Source: Candidatus Omnitrophota bacterium
GTDB taxonomy: Bacteria; Omnitrophota; Gorgyraeia; Gygaellales; Profunditerraquicolaceae
Reading direction: 5' to 3'
Assembly (NCBI GenBank): GCA_023227925.1
Contig: JALOCE010000001.1
Location: forward strand, 539-64,538
DNA length: 64,000 nt
Part shown: piece by piece, positions 10,317-20,219 of the stretch
How the letters are laid out: each line of letters begins with the position of its first letter
Numbering within the stretch: the stretch's first letter is position 1
Program-made: the position numbers and the translations under genes
Notes under the pieces: model-generated
Databases searched by the model: none
What the model saw: only the letters and a program-made list of their open reading frames with translations
Told to the model about the DNA's origin: nothing

Positions 10317-10562
10317 ATGGAAGAATTAAACAACATTATCAGCCAGGTGTTCGGGATCAAGCAAGACCAGATAAAGGATGAATATGGCCCCAATAATATT
10401 CCTCGTTGGGATTCATTATCGCAGCTTGCTTTGATTTCGGCAATCGAAACTCATTATAAAGTCACGCTGGAGATTGAAGAAATATTTCAGATAATGACCA
10501 TAGGAGATGTCCGTTCTGTCCTGGCAAAGAAATTAAATCAAAATAAGGAAAGTTTAAAATGA
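10317..10562 (+). CDS. Acyl carrier protein
   Basis: The product is 81 aa with a DSLSQLALISAIE phosphopantetheine-attachment motif. Its length and acidity are typical of an ACP. Confidence 0.75.
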   Translation: MEELNNIISQVFGIKQDQIKDEYGPNNIPRWDSLSQLALISAIETHYKVTLEIEEIFQIMTIGDVRSVLAKKLNQNKESLK

Positions 10563-11236
10563 GCGCGGTTAAAAAAATAGTTATTTTTGGGGCAGGTAGA
10601 GGTTCGCGTGATGTTTTGCAGCTTATCAGGCAAATAAACGCTAAGTCTTCTGTATGGGAAATCCTGGGTTTTGTGGATGCCGACCCGGAATTAAAAGGAA
10701 AGCTGATTGATGATTGCCTGGTGTTAGGAGATAAATATGTTGTGCCTGCGCAGGAAACCATATACGGGATAACTGGCGTGCAAATCCCCCAACTCAGGCG
10801 CAAGATCATAGAGAATGAAATTGAAGGCAGGGGTTTATGCCTGGCAAATTTGGTCCATCCGGCAATAGAATTGCCTGCTGATTTACAAATGGAAGCAGGG
10901 TGCATAATCTACCCCGGAGTAATCATTGCTTCAAATGTGAAACTGGGGAAGGCTGTGATCGTCAATTACAATACTCTGCTGGGTATTGATCTGAAAGTCG
11001 GAGACTATGCATTTATCGGCCCGGGAGTAAACATCACAGCCAGTTGTTCTATAGGCAGGGAATGCATCATTGGCACAGGCGCGATTTTTATGCCCGGAGT
11101 TTCCGTAGGCAATGAATCTATTGTCGGATTAGGAACAAAATTATTTATTAGTGTGGGCGACAAGAAAAGTGTTGTTGATTTGCCGCGTAAAATAATGAAG
11201 GATATTAATGAAGCTCCGAAGAAGGTTTCCTGGTGA
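10559..11236 (+). CDS. NeuD/PglD-family sugar N-acyl/acetyltransferase (hexapeptide repeat)
   Basis: N-terminal Rossmann-like KIVIFGAGRGSRDV followed by a left-handed beta-helix with hexapeptide repeats. Its ATG overlaps the ACP stop codon (ATGA). Confidence 0.7.
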   Translation: MSAVKKIVIFGAGRGSRDVLQLIRQINAKSSVWEILGFVDADPELKGKLIDDCLVLGDKYVVPAQETIYGITGVQIPQLRRKIIENEIEGRGLCLANLVHPAIELPADLQMEAGCIIYPGVIIASNVKLGKAVIVNYNTLLGIDLKVGDYAFIGPGVNITASCSIGRECIIGTGAIFMPGVSVGNESIVGLGTKLFISVGDKKSVVDLPRKIMKDINEAPKKVSW

Positions 11237-12246
11237 AAGATAGCCCCATGAAGAAAGTATTTATTATTGCCGAAGCAGGCGTTAATCATAACGGCTCTTT
11301 AGCATTAGCTAAGAGATTAATTGATGCGGCGAAGAAAGCAGGAGCCGATGCCGTTAAATTTCAGTCTTTTATTGCAGAAGAAGGTATTAGTATAAATGCG
11401 CCAAAGGCAGATTATCAGCTTAAAACTACTACCAGGAATGAAAGCCAGATCGAGATGCTTAAAAAGCTGGAACTTTCTTATAGCGACCATCTCAAGCTTT
11501 TAGCTTATTGTAAGAAAAAGAAGATAGGATTTCTCTCAACTGCCTGCGACTTAAAGAGTGTTGATATGTTGAAGCGGTTAAAGGTTAAAGCAATAAAGAT
11601 TGCCTCTTGTGATTTGGTGAATATTCCCCTTTTGCGTTGTGTCGCTAAATTAGGTAAAAAAGTATTTCTTTCAACCGGTATGTCTACGCTTGGCGAAGTA
11701 AGTAATGCAGTGGAGGAGTTAAGAAAGAACGGAAGCCCTGATATTACGCTTTTACATTGCGTTACGGAATATCCCTGTCCGCCTGAAGAAATCAATTTAC
11801 GAAAAATGCTTACACTGAAGAAAAACTTTAATCTACCCGTTGGTTTCTCGGATCACAGCCAGGGGGTATCAACTTCTTTGGCGGCAGTGGCATTGGGGGC
11901 AGAAGTCATAGAGAGGCATTTTACCCTGGATAGAAATCTTAAAGGGCCCGATCATAAGGCATCGCTGGAGCCCGATAGCCTGTTTTCTTTGGTAAAATCA
12001 ATACGGGAAATCGAATCGGCCTTAGGCAGTCCTGAATTTGTGCCCGCGAAATCAGAATTAAAAAATATTAATATCATGCGAAGAAAAATAGTAGCTGCAA
12101 GGGCAATAAAGAAGGGAGAGGTGCTTAGCGCTGGTAACTTAGCATTTAAAAGAGCGCAAGGAGGACTTATTCCCGATAATTATGATTTGGTTGTAGGCAG
12201 GACCGCTACAAAAAATTATAATCCGGATGACGTCATAATATTATGA
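11233..12246 (+). CDS. N-acetylneuraminate / legionaminate / pseudaminate synthase family (NeuB family)
   Basis: Motif FIIAEAGVNHNGSLALAKRLIDAAKKAGADAVKFQ and a C-terminal SAF domain. Confidence 0.85.
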   Translation: MKDSPMKKVFIIAEAGVNHNGSLALAKRLIDAAKKAGADAVKFQSFIAEEGISINAPKADYQLKTTTRNESQIEMLKKLELSYSDHLKLLAYCKKKKIGFLSTACDLKSVDMLKRLKVKAIKIASCDLVNIPLLRCVAKLGKKVFLSTGMSTLGEVSNAVEELRKNGSPDITLLHCVTEYPCPPEEINLRKMLTLKKNFNLPVGFSDHSQGVSTSLAAVALGAEVIERHFTLDRNLKGPDHKASLEPDSLFSLVKSIREIESALGSPEFVPAKSELKNINIMRRKIVAARAIKKGEVLSAGNLAFKRAQGGLIPDNYDLVVGRTATKNYNPDDVIIL

Positions 12247-13124
12247 TCTATGTTTCATCGGAGTGTATCCAGGCAAGGTATATAGTTGAGAATGTCAAAG
12301 AGCTGGCATCTTCGGGATTCAGGCGGATCGAGCTTTCCGGAGGGACAAGTTATTATAATAGTTACCTTGGAGATTTACTCAAGCTAAAAAAAGAACACAA
12401 ACTGGAATATTTAGTGCACAATTATTTCCCTCCCCCTGAAGAAGGCTTTGTTTTGAATCTGGCCTCTTTAAGCGAGAAGGTGAGGAATAGGTCAGTCGAT
12501 TTTTGTAAGAAGGCAATTGAGGTTGCAGCTGTCTTAGGTGCTGGTTATTATTCGGTCCATGCAGGTTTTTACTTTGACCCGGAGATTACAGAGCTGGGAA
12601 AGGTCATTAAACCGCGCAAATTATATCCGGCCGGAGATTCGATACAGGTATTTATAGATAATTTTAAGGCGCTAAAGCAATATGCGTTAGCGCATCGGAT
12701 TAAATTGTACCTGGAAAATAACGTAGTTAATCTTAAGAGTTTTCAATCGTTGAATAAAATGATACCTGCGATGCTGCTTACTTTTGAAGATGCCCGGGAA
12801 TTAGGCAGGAAAATAGATTTTAATCTTCTCTTAGACGTCGGTCATTTAAAAGTCACGGCTCAGACGCTGGGCCTGGATTTTCAAAAACAATTTTCCGGGC
12901 TTTTTAAGATCTCTGATTATCTGCACCTTAGCGATAATAACGGATTGATGGATGAACATGGCTTGATCTTCGATGACTCGATGATCTATAAGATGTTTTT
13001 GGGGCATGATTTAACGCAGAAAACTTTTGTCCTGGAGACACACGGGGAAATAAATGATGTTAAAAAATCCTATGTGCTTATTTCAAACCTGCTGACGCAG
13101 AAAACCAAACAACCCCCGGGGTGA
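12243..13124 (+). CDS. Xylose-isomerase-like TIM-barrel sugar-phosphate isomerase/epimerase (tentative)
   Basis: The length and spaced E/H/D residues (VHAGF ... LYLENN ... LDVGHLK) resemble the AP-endonuclease-2 / sugar phosphate isomerase barrel. There is no stronger motif. Confidence 0.35.
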   Translation: MIYVSSECIQARYIVENVKELASSGFRRIELSGGTSYYNSYLGDLLKLKKEHKLEYLVHNYFPPPEEGFVLNLASLSEKVRNRSVDFCKKAIEVAAVLGAGYYSVHAGFYFDPEITELGKVIKPRKLYPAGDSIQVFIDNFKALKQYALAHRIKLYLENNVVNLKSFQSLNKMIPAMLLTFEDARELGRKIDFNLLLDVGHLKVTAQTLGLDFQKQFSGLFKISDYLHLSDNNGLMDEHGLIFDDSMIYKMFLGHDLTQKTFVLETHGEINDVKKSYVLISNLLTQKTKQPPG

Positions 13125-14572
13125 GCATGGAAATACATAAGTTTACGGTGAATACAGAGGATACGATATTGCGGACAATGCACGCCATTAATGAGGGCGG
13201 TATTGGCGTCGCGGTTATAGAGGATAAGGATAAAAAATATTTTGGCCTGGTCACGGATGGAGATGTAAGGAGGGCCTTACTTGACGGCGTAGATTTACAT
13301 GAGCCGGTAAAGTCAATTGCCAGAAAAGACGCAGTTACTGCATCGGAGAAGACGTCTTATGAGAGCATCTTTTCTCTGATGAATGAAAAAATCCGCCATA
13401 TCCCCATCATTGATGCAAAGGGAAGAGCAAAAGATCTGGTTTATTTTTCTTATAGAAAAGAGATTCCTGTTGCCAAGCCTTTTTTAAGAGGTAACGAATT
13501 AAAATATGTAACGGAATGTATCCTGGGTAATTGGATATCTTCCCAGGGCAACTATGTAAATGAGCTTGAGAGGCGTTTCTCCGAATTCTGCGGGGTAGAC
13601 TATAGCCTGGCTGTTTCTAATGGCACTGTAGCTTTACATCTTGCCTTAGTTTGTTTAGGTATAAAAAGAGGCGATGAGGTGATCGTTCCTTCGCTTACTT
13701 TTATTGCCACCGCTAATGCAGTGACTTATACAGGGGCAAAACCGGTTTTTGTAGACTCGGAGTGCGATACTTATAATATCGATCCTCGAAAAATTGAAAA
13801 AGCTGTGACTCGCCGCACAAAAGCGATTATCCCGGTCCATCTCTACGGGCAACCGGCAAAGATGGATGAGATCATGGCTATTGCCCGAAAGCATAAAATT
13901 CATGTAGTAGAAGATGCCGCGGAAGCCCATGGCGCTGAGTATAAGCAAAAGAAGGTCGGCTCTATAGGCGATATAGGTTGTTTTAGCTTTTTTGGCAATA
14001 AGATCATAACTACCGGTGAAGGCGGGATGGTAGTTACGAATAATCATAAAATTTATCAGAAGGCCAGGATATTAAGAGACCATGGTATGTCCCTGGAAAA
14101 AAAATATTGGCACGAGCAGGTCGGCTTTAATTATCGGATGACCAATGTCCAGGCAGCTATAGGGTGCGCCCAGATGGAGAAAGTCGAAGTTATTTTAAAA
14201 GAAAAGCAAAAAATTGCCCGGATGTATAAAAAATATCTATCCCCGGATTCCCGTCTTATCCTGCCGCAGGAATTTGACTGGTCAAAAAATGTTTACTGGA
14301 TGTATCCGGTAACTTTTAAGACTACAGGTAAAAATAAGGAGAATGTAAGAAACAAGATCATTGAATTTTTAGCGCAGGATAGCATAGGAGCCAGGCCGTT
14401 CTTTTATCCTATCCATACTATGCCGCCGTATTATTCTAAGTCAAGGCTTCCTGTAGCCGAATCTGTTTCTGAAAACGGGATCGTGCTTCCCGCTTATATG
14501 GGTATGCAGGAAAAAGAGATCCAGAGAATATGTAATTTAATAAAAACTACTTTAGATAAAATATTAAGCTGA
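13121..14572 (+). CDS. CBS-pair domain fused to DegT/DnrJ/EryC1-family PLP-dependent sugar aminotransferase
   Basis: The N-terminal roughly 120 aa carry two CBS-like repeats (GLVTDGDVRRALLDG ... IRHIPIIDAKGRAKDLVY). The remainder has the aminotransferase signature GNWISSQGNYVNELERRFSEFCGVDYSLAVSNGTVALHLAL. Confidence 0.8.
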   Translation: MSMEIHKFTVNTEDTILRTMHAINEGGIGVAVIEDKDKKYFGLVTDGDVRRALLDGVDLHEPVKSIARKDAVTASEKTSYESIFSLMNEKIRHIPIIDAKGRAKDLVYFSYRKEIPVAKPFLRGNELKYVTECILGNWISSQGNYVNELERRFSEFCGVDYSLAVSNGTVALHLALVCLGIKRGDEVIVPSLTFIATANAVTYTGAKPVFVDSECDTYNIDPRKIEKAVTRRTKAIIPVHLYGQPAKMDEIMAIARKHKIHVVEDAAEAHGAEYKQKKVGSIGDIGCFSFFGNKIITTGEGGMVVTNNHKIYQKARILRDHGMSLEKKYWHEQVGFNYRMTNVQAAIGCAQMEKVEVILKEKQKIARMYKKYLSPDSRLILPQEFDWSKNVYWMYPVTFKTTGKNKENVRNKIIEFLAQDSIGARPFFYPIHTMPPYYSKSRLPVAESVSENGIVLPAYMGMQEKEIQRICNLIKTTLDKILS

Positions 14573-14573
14573 G

Positions 14574-16010
14574 ATGAAAAAAAAGGGAAGAGTACTTCTG
14601 ATCGTACACGATGTTTATCAGGATGATAATGTATTTCCTATGGGCGTAGGCTATCTGGCATCTTTTTTGGAAAGAGAAGGAGCAGGCGTAACCGTATATT
14701 CACAGGATGTTTTTCATTATACAAATCAGGATTTAGCTAAATTCCTGCTCGAGAATGAGTTTGATTTAATAGGTGTTGGCTTTCTGGCGGCGAGATTCAA
14801 AGAGACTATTCTCGATCTATGTAAAATCGTAAATGAATGCAAAAAAGATGCTTTTCTGGTGTTAGGTGCCCATGGCCCTTCGCCTATTCCGGAATATATC
14901 CTGGATAAAACCAATGCCGATATCATAGTTATTGGCGAAGCAGAAGAGACAATGGCAGATTTACTTGAATGTAAATTATCCGGTGGCAAAGACCTGCATA
15001 AGATCAGAGGAATAGCGTATAGAAAAAACTCCGTTTGTTGTATCAATCCCAGGCGCACCCCTGTTAAAGATTTGGACTTAATCCCTTTTCCTGCCTGGCA
15101 CTTATTCCCGATTGAGAAATATGCTACTTGTCTTAAGCTCTTTGGCCATAAAGAAACCAATAGATATATGCCTATTATTACAAGCAGGGGCTGCGTCAAT
15201 GAATGCAACTTTTGTTATAGAATCGAAAAGGGGTTCAGGCTAAGAAGCATAGAGAGCATTATCCAGGAAATAAAGATTTTAAATAGCGAATACGGCATAA
15301 ATTATTTTCTTATTTTTGATGAATTATTCCTTATCTCCAAGAAACGCTTGAAAGATTTCAAGGGTGCCTTAGAGAAGAATAACCTTAAAATAGAGTTTTC
15401 TTGCAATGCGAGGGCGGATATCCTGGATGAAGAATCTCTCCGGATGATGAAAGAATGCGGATGCAGATTGATCAGTTTTGGTCTGGAATCGACGGATCAA
15501 AGCGTGCTGAATTTAATGAATAAAAATACTACAGCCGAACAGAATCTTAGAGCGGTAGAATTAACAAAAAAAGCAGGTATTGGCATAGGGTTATGTTTTA
15601 TATGGGGCAACAAAGGGGATAATGAGGCTACTCTTAAGTCAAACCTGGCATTTATAAAGAAGTATAATACCTATGATCAGATCAGGACTATAAGGCCGGT
15701 TACGCCTTTTCCAGGCAGTAAGTTGTATTATGAGGCGATAGAGAATGGGTTATTAGGGGGCCCGGAAGATTTTTTTGCGAAATTTAAGAATTCCGATCTC
15801 CTGACAGTGAATTTTACGAATATACCGGATAAGAATTTTTATGAGCTGCTGTTCGAGGCAAATAGAGAACTTATCCTGGATCATTATAACCATACCGGTG
15901 GAAATACGGAAGCCGCCAATACCCTGATCGATCAATTCCAAAGGTTATATTTTTTAGGCGAGCATAAATTCAGAGGGGCGCGGCATTACAAACGGATAGA
16001 AGTAAAATGA
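14574..16010 (+). CDS. B12-binding (class B) radical SAM protein
   Basis: N-terminal B12-like domain (VLLIVHDVYQDDNVFPMGVGYLASFL) and radical SAM motif ITSRGCVNECNFCYR. Confidence 0.7.
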   Translation: MKKKGRVLLIVHDVYQDDNVFPMGVGYLASFLEREGAGVTVYSQDVFHYTNQDLAKFLLENEFDLIGVGFLAARFKETILDLCKIVNECKKDAFLVLGAHGPSPIPEYILDKTNADIIVIGEAEETMADLLECKLSGGKDLHKIRGIAYRKNSVCCINPRRTPVKDLDLIPFPAWHLFPIEKYATCLKLFGHKETNRYMPIITSRGCVNECNFCYRIEKGFRLRSIESIIQEIKILNSEYGINYFLIFDELFLISKKRLKDFKGALEKNNLKIEFSCNARADILDEESLRMMKECGCRLISFGLESTDQSVLNLMNKNTTAEQNLRAVELTKKAGIGIGLCFIWGNKGDNEATLKSNLAFIKKYNTYDQIRTIRPVTPFPGSKLYYEAIENGLLGGPEDFFAKFKNSDLLTVNFTNIPDKNFYELLFEANRELILDHYNHTGGNTEAANTLIDQFQRLYFLGEHKFRGARHYKRIEVK

Positions 16011-16891
16011 AGATGGATAATAAGATCCAAACCCTGCTTTTTTCATTAGGTATTTGTAGCCGAGACTCGATTGAGCAATTTTATCCTCATGCAAGAGATA
16101 GAGAGGATGTTTCTGTGATGAGATGCAGAAAATCCGGAATAATATTCCTGTCGCGCACGGATCATATAAAAAGTTATTACTATCAGGATCAGAAGGGTTT
16201 TGATTATTGGTCAGCTAAAGATAGAGATAGCGCGATATCAAGTACGATTTCTGATAACCGTAGAAGATTTCGCCAATTTTATGATTTAGTCCGCAATAGA
16301 AAATGGCTGGATTTTGGCACAGGGGCAGGCGGTATTTTAGAATTATTAAGTCCTGTTGCCTTAGAGGCCGTGGCAGTCGAGCCTCAGAAAGAAGCCCGGA
16401 ATATGTTATTAGGTTGCGGCTATAAAGTTTACGCTGATATAGGGGAAGTCCCGGAAGCAGAGTTTGATACAGTGACTTTATTCCATGTTTTTGAGCATCT
16501 TGATGAGCCAATCGAGACGCTTAAGAAAATTGCGCATAAAATAAAGGGAGGAGGAAGGCTGATTATAGAAGTTCCTCATGCTAATGATGCCCTCATCTCA
16601 TTTTTTAAGTTGCGGGATTTCAAGTCTTTTACTTTTTGGAGTGAGCATCTTATTTTGCATACACGGGATAGCTTAAAAATTTTCCTTGAAAATGCTGGTT
16701 TTAAAAATATCCATATCTATGGTTGCCAAAGGTATCCGTTTACTAACCATCTCTACTGGTTGATTACCGGTAAACCAAAGGGCCATCTGGTATGGAAATC
16801 ATTGAGGATCCGGGTATTGGAAAATATATATGCCAAATTGCTTTCGCGTTTTAATAAGACCGATACTTTAATCGCTATTGCGGAAAAATAA
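16007..16891 (+). CDS. Class I SAM-dependent methyltransferase
   Basis: Motif I LDFGTGAGGILE, a FHVFEHLDEP post-motif II region, and GGRLIIEVP. Confidence 0.7.
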   Translation: MKMDNKIQTLLFSLGICSRDSIEQFYPHARDREDVSVMRCRKSGIIFLSRTDHIKSYYYQDQKGFDYWSAKDRDSAISSTISDNRRRFRQFYDLVRNRKWLDFGTGAGGILELLSPVALEAVAVEPQKEARNMLLGCGYKVYADIGEVPEAEFDTVTLFHVFEHLDEPIETLKKIAHKIKGGGRLIIEVPHANDALISFFKLRDFKSFTFWSEHLILHTRDSLKIFLENAGFKNIHIYGCQRYPFTNHLYWLITGKPKGHLVWKSLRIRVLENIYAKLLSRFNKTDTLIAIAEK

Positions 16892-18568
16892 ATGCATCTT
16901 GCCAAAAGAAATAAAATAAACGTGTTGTTTATCAATCTCCCCTATCTTCCTTACGATACTATACTTGAAAAAATACGCAATGAAGATAAGATAGCCCATC
17001 GTTTAGAGATGCCGTTAGGTATCTTGTACTTATCCGCGTATCTGAAAAAACATAATCATCTTTGCGATATCAGGCTCCTGGATTATTCACTGCATATCGA
17101 TGATATCCGCACTTATTCGAATATAGATAATTTTATAAAGTCCCTTGCTAAAAAGGTTGATTTTGTCCCTGATATATTGGCTTTTTCGGCGATGTTTTCG
17201 ACATCGCATCGTTTTTTTGTTGAAACGCTTGATATCCTTAAGTCTCTTTGGCCCAAGGTTACTACCATTGCCGGAGGCAATCACGCTACTAATGCGGTTG
17301 GTAAATTACTAGAATTAGAAAATCTTGATTATGTTGCGATAGGGGAAGCGGAAGCGTCTTTTTCCGAATTCGTCAGTCAAATCGCAGCCTCAAAACAAAT
17401 CAATATCAAAGGCATTTATGCTAAAAAAGATATTCATTCTGCCGCATCTTTTTCAAGCCCCGGTTATATTGAGGACTTGGATAGTTTGCCTTTTCCGGAT
17501 TGGGATCTTTTAAATATGGCGGCTTATATCAATTCTAAGGGGCGAAAGCGGAACATAGGCGAGTCTAAAGAAAGTAGATGCGCCACCATCATGACTAGCA
17601 GGGGCTGCCCTTTTTGCTGTACTTTTTGTGCTGCCCATACGGTTCATGGCCGAAGGGTGCGCTATCGTTCAGTTGAAAATATATTAGAAGAAGTAAAGCT
17701 CCTGTATCGTGCGTATGAAATAACGCTATTTATCCCAGAGGATGATATGTTTACGCAAGATAAACAAAGAACGCTAAATTTACTTTCTGCTTTTAAAGAA
17801 CTTAATATTCCAGGCCTGGAGTTGCAGTTTCCTAATGCGCTGTCTATTAATACTTTAAGCGAAGAAGTATTGGATGCTCTTATTAATTCCGGCATGAAAG
17901 TAGCTTGTCTGGCTATCGAATCAGGGTCTGAATATGTCCAGAAGAATGTTATCAAGAAGAATTGTAATTTAAAAAAAGCTAAAGAATATGTGGAGTATTT
18001 AGGAGATAAAGGGACTATCGTCAGGTGTTATTATATCTTAGGATTCCCCGGAGAGACAAAAGAGCAAATGATGGAGACTGTCGAATATGCCAAATATTTA
18101 AATGCGGACTGGTCAGTATTCAGCATAGCAACGCCTCTATTAGGCTCAGAAATGTACAATCAGTTTTTGCAGATGGGTTGTATAACAGGTGAATTGTATT
18201 GGGGGGTTAACGCCTCCTATGCAAAAAGAAATTTTGATACCAAGGAAATAACCGCCGAAGAATTAAATGCCTTTGCTTATCAGGCGAACATCGATGTAAA
18301 CTTTATTCATAATCCTAATATTGTAAACGGAAATTTTACCCGGGCAATAGAAATTTTTAATGATATCGTCATACATTTTCCTTTTCATATTATTGCCTGG
18401 CATTGTTTAATGCGTTGTTATCAGGGCTTAGGAGATATAGAAAAGGCTAAGGAAATCACCAGGAAGATCGCCGTTTTAATCAATTCCGATAAAAGATCCG
18501 CGGAGATGTTTGCTAAATACGGTCGGCTATTACCTGAATCCTCCGGAGAGGAATTATTAAGAATATGA
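16892..18568 (+). CDS. B12-binding (class B) radical SAM protein with C-terminal helical (TPR-like) extension
   Basis: N-terminal B12-like domain (INVLFINLPY...) and radical SAM motif MTSRGCPFCCTFCAAH. Confidence 0.7.
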   Translation: MHLAKRNKINVLFINLPYLPYDTILEKIRNEDKIAHRLEMPLGILYLSAYLKKHNHLCDIRLLDYSLHIDDIRTYSNIDNFIKSLAKKVDFVPDILAFSAMFSTSHRFFVETLDILKSLWPKVTTIAGGNHATNAVGKLLELENLDYVAIGEAEASFSEFVSQIAASKQINIKGIYAKKDIHSAASFSSPGYIEDLDSLPFPDWDLLNMAAYINSKGRKRNIGESKESRCATIMTSRGCPFCCTFCAAHTVHGRRVRYRSVENILEEVKLLYRAYEITLFIPEDDMFTQDKQRTLNLLSAFKELNIPGLELQFPNALSINTLSEEVLDALINSGMKVACLAIESGSEYVQKNVIKKNCNLKKAKEYVEYLGDKGTIVRCYYILGFPGETKEQMMETVEYAKYLNADWSVFSIATPLLGSEMYNQFLQMGCITGELYWGVNASYAKRNFDTKEITAEELNAFAYQANIDVNFIHNPNIVNGNFTRAIEIFNDIVIHFPFHIIAWHCLMRCYQGLGDIEKAKEITRKIAVLINSDKRSAEMFAKYGRLLPESSGEELLRI

Positions 18569-19518
18569 ACAATAATAAAAAGTGTTTAGTAGTCGGGTTT
18601 GGTTCTGCAGGCGCAAGACATACCAGGAATGCTGAATCTCTTGGTTACGAGGTCGCGCTAGTCACTTCGCAAAAAGTTAAAAAACATAAATGCTATTTTG
18701 ATATTGCCAAGGCAATAGCTATGGAAAAACCGAAATTTGCAGTGATTGCTTCTCCTACCTATAAACATGTAAAGGAATTAAGGCAATGTATTTTGCATAA
18801 TGTACCGGCCCTGGTAGAGAAACCCCTGGCGATTAACCATTCGGAATTTAGAAATAAGATAGGTACAGATAGTATTAAAACAGGTAATTATCGTGTTGGC
18901 TATTGCCTGCGTTATCATCCTATGATTTTAGATTTAAAGCGCCGGATAAGTTCTCTTGGGCCTCTTTATAATGCAAATATTGTTTTTGGGCAATATCTGC
19001 CGATATGGCGTCCATGGAGAGATTATCGTAAGAGTTATAGCGCTTCCTTTAAGAAAGGCGGCGGCGTCCTCTTGGATTCTTCGCATGAGATAGATTTAAT
19101 CACGTATCTGTTCGGGCCGGTAAAAAAGCTGGTTGCTGTTTCTAAAAAAGTAAGTTCCTTAAAGATAGATAGTGATGATATATGCCTCCTGATTTGCCAG
19201 ATGCGTTCAGGCGGATTTGTGCAGGTTACCCTGGATTATTTGAATCGTATCCCGGAACGCAGGATAGTTATAAACGCTAAAAAAGGAAGCGTGCATTTGG
19301 ATTTAATACGGGGTAAGTGGTGTTCCCAGGTTGGTTCCGCGGTAAAAAATATACCGTATAGCGTGGAAAGAAATAAGCTGTTTCTTCAGGAATTAGATGA
19401 TTTTATTAATCGGCCTAAGCGGTGTTTGCTGCCGGATTTAAAAGAATCAGAAGTAACTTTGAGGATAATCGAGGCAGTGCGTAAGTCAGCGCAAAAAGGG
19501 AAATGGATAGAGCTATGA
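18565..19518 (+). CDS. Gfo/Idh/MocA-family NAD(P)-dependent oxidoreductase
   Basis: N-terminal Rossmann motif KCLVVGFGSAGARH, the EKPLA motif, and overall length consistent with the family. Confidence 0.6.
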   Translation: MNNNKKCLVVGFGSAGARHTRNAESLGYEVALVTSQKVKKHKCYFDIAKAIAMEKPKFAVIASPTYKHVKELRQCILHNVPALVEKPLAINHSEFRNKIGTDSIKTGNYRVGYCLRYHPMILDLKRRISSLGPLYNANIVFGQYLPIWRPWRDYRKSYSASFKKGGGVLLDSSHEIDLITYLFGPVKKLVAVSKKVSSLKIDSDDICLLICQMRSGGFVQVTLDYLNRIPERRIVINAKKGSVHLDLIRGKWCSQVGSAVKNIPYSVERNKLFLQELDDFINRPKRCLLPDLKESEVTLRIIEAVRKSAQKGKWIEL

Positions 19519-20207
19519 AAATATTATGTATTATCTGCGCAAGGGCCGGCTCAAAGGGCCTGCCGGGTAAGAATATACGTTCTTTGCTGGGTAAACCTTT
19601 AATCGCGCATACTATCAAGCAGGCGATTTCCTCAGGTTTATTTGAGCATGTTGTAGTCAGCACTGATTCTTCCAGGATTGCCGGTATCGCTAAAAAATAT
19701 AAAGCGGAAGTACCTTTTTTGAGGCCAAAGAAGCTTGCCGGAGATACGTGCCCGAAATTACCATCTATAAGGCATGCGTTGCTTGAATGCGAAAAGTTAT
19801 TTAATACAAAATTTGATATTATTGTTGATCTTGATCCTACTTCGCCGTTAAGAACAATAGAAGATATCAGGAATTGCGTAGAGATTTTAATAAAGAAGCA
19901 TGCTAGTAATGTGATTACTGCTATGCCTGCCAGGAGGTCCCCTTATTTTAATTTGATAGAGATCTATCCAGGCGGCCGTATCGGATTATCCAAAAAAACT
20001 AAGCCGCCGATTACCTGCCGGCAAAACTCTCCGAAGTGTTTTGATATGAATGCTTCTATCTATGCCTGGAAGAGACAGGCATTATTGAAAAATGATAGCT
20101 TATTTTTGAAGAAAACTGCGCTTTATGTGATGCCGGAAGAACGCTCTATTGATATTGACAATGAAATTGATTTTAAGTTTGTGGAGTTTTTAGCCAACAG
20201 GCACTAA
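19503..20207 (+). CDS. CMP-nonulosonic acid synthetase (acylneuraminate cytidylyltransferase family, NeuA-like)
   Basis: N-terminal motif ILCIICARAGSKGLPGKNIRSLLGKPLIAHTI. A possible alternative start lies at 19515. Confidence 0.8.
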   Translation: MDRAMKILCIICARAGSKGLPGKNIRSLLGKPLIAHTIKQAISSGLFEHVVVSTDSSRIAGIAKKYKAEVPFLRPKKLAGDTCPKLPSIRHALLECEKLFNTKFDIIVDLDPTSPLRTIEDIRNCVEILIKKHASNVITAMPARRSPYFNLIEIYPGGRIGLSKKTKPPITCRQNSPKCFDMNASIYAWKRQALLKNDSLFLKKTALYVMPEERSIDIDNEIDFKFVEFLANRH

Positions 20208-20219
20208 ATTTATCAAACT

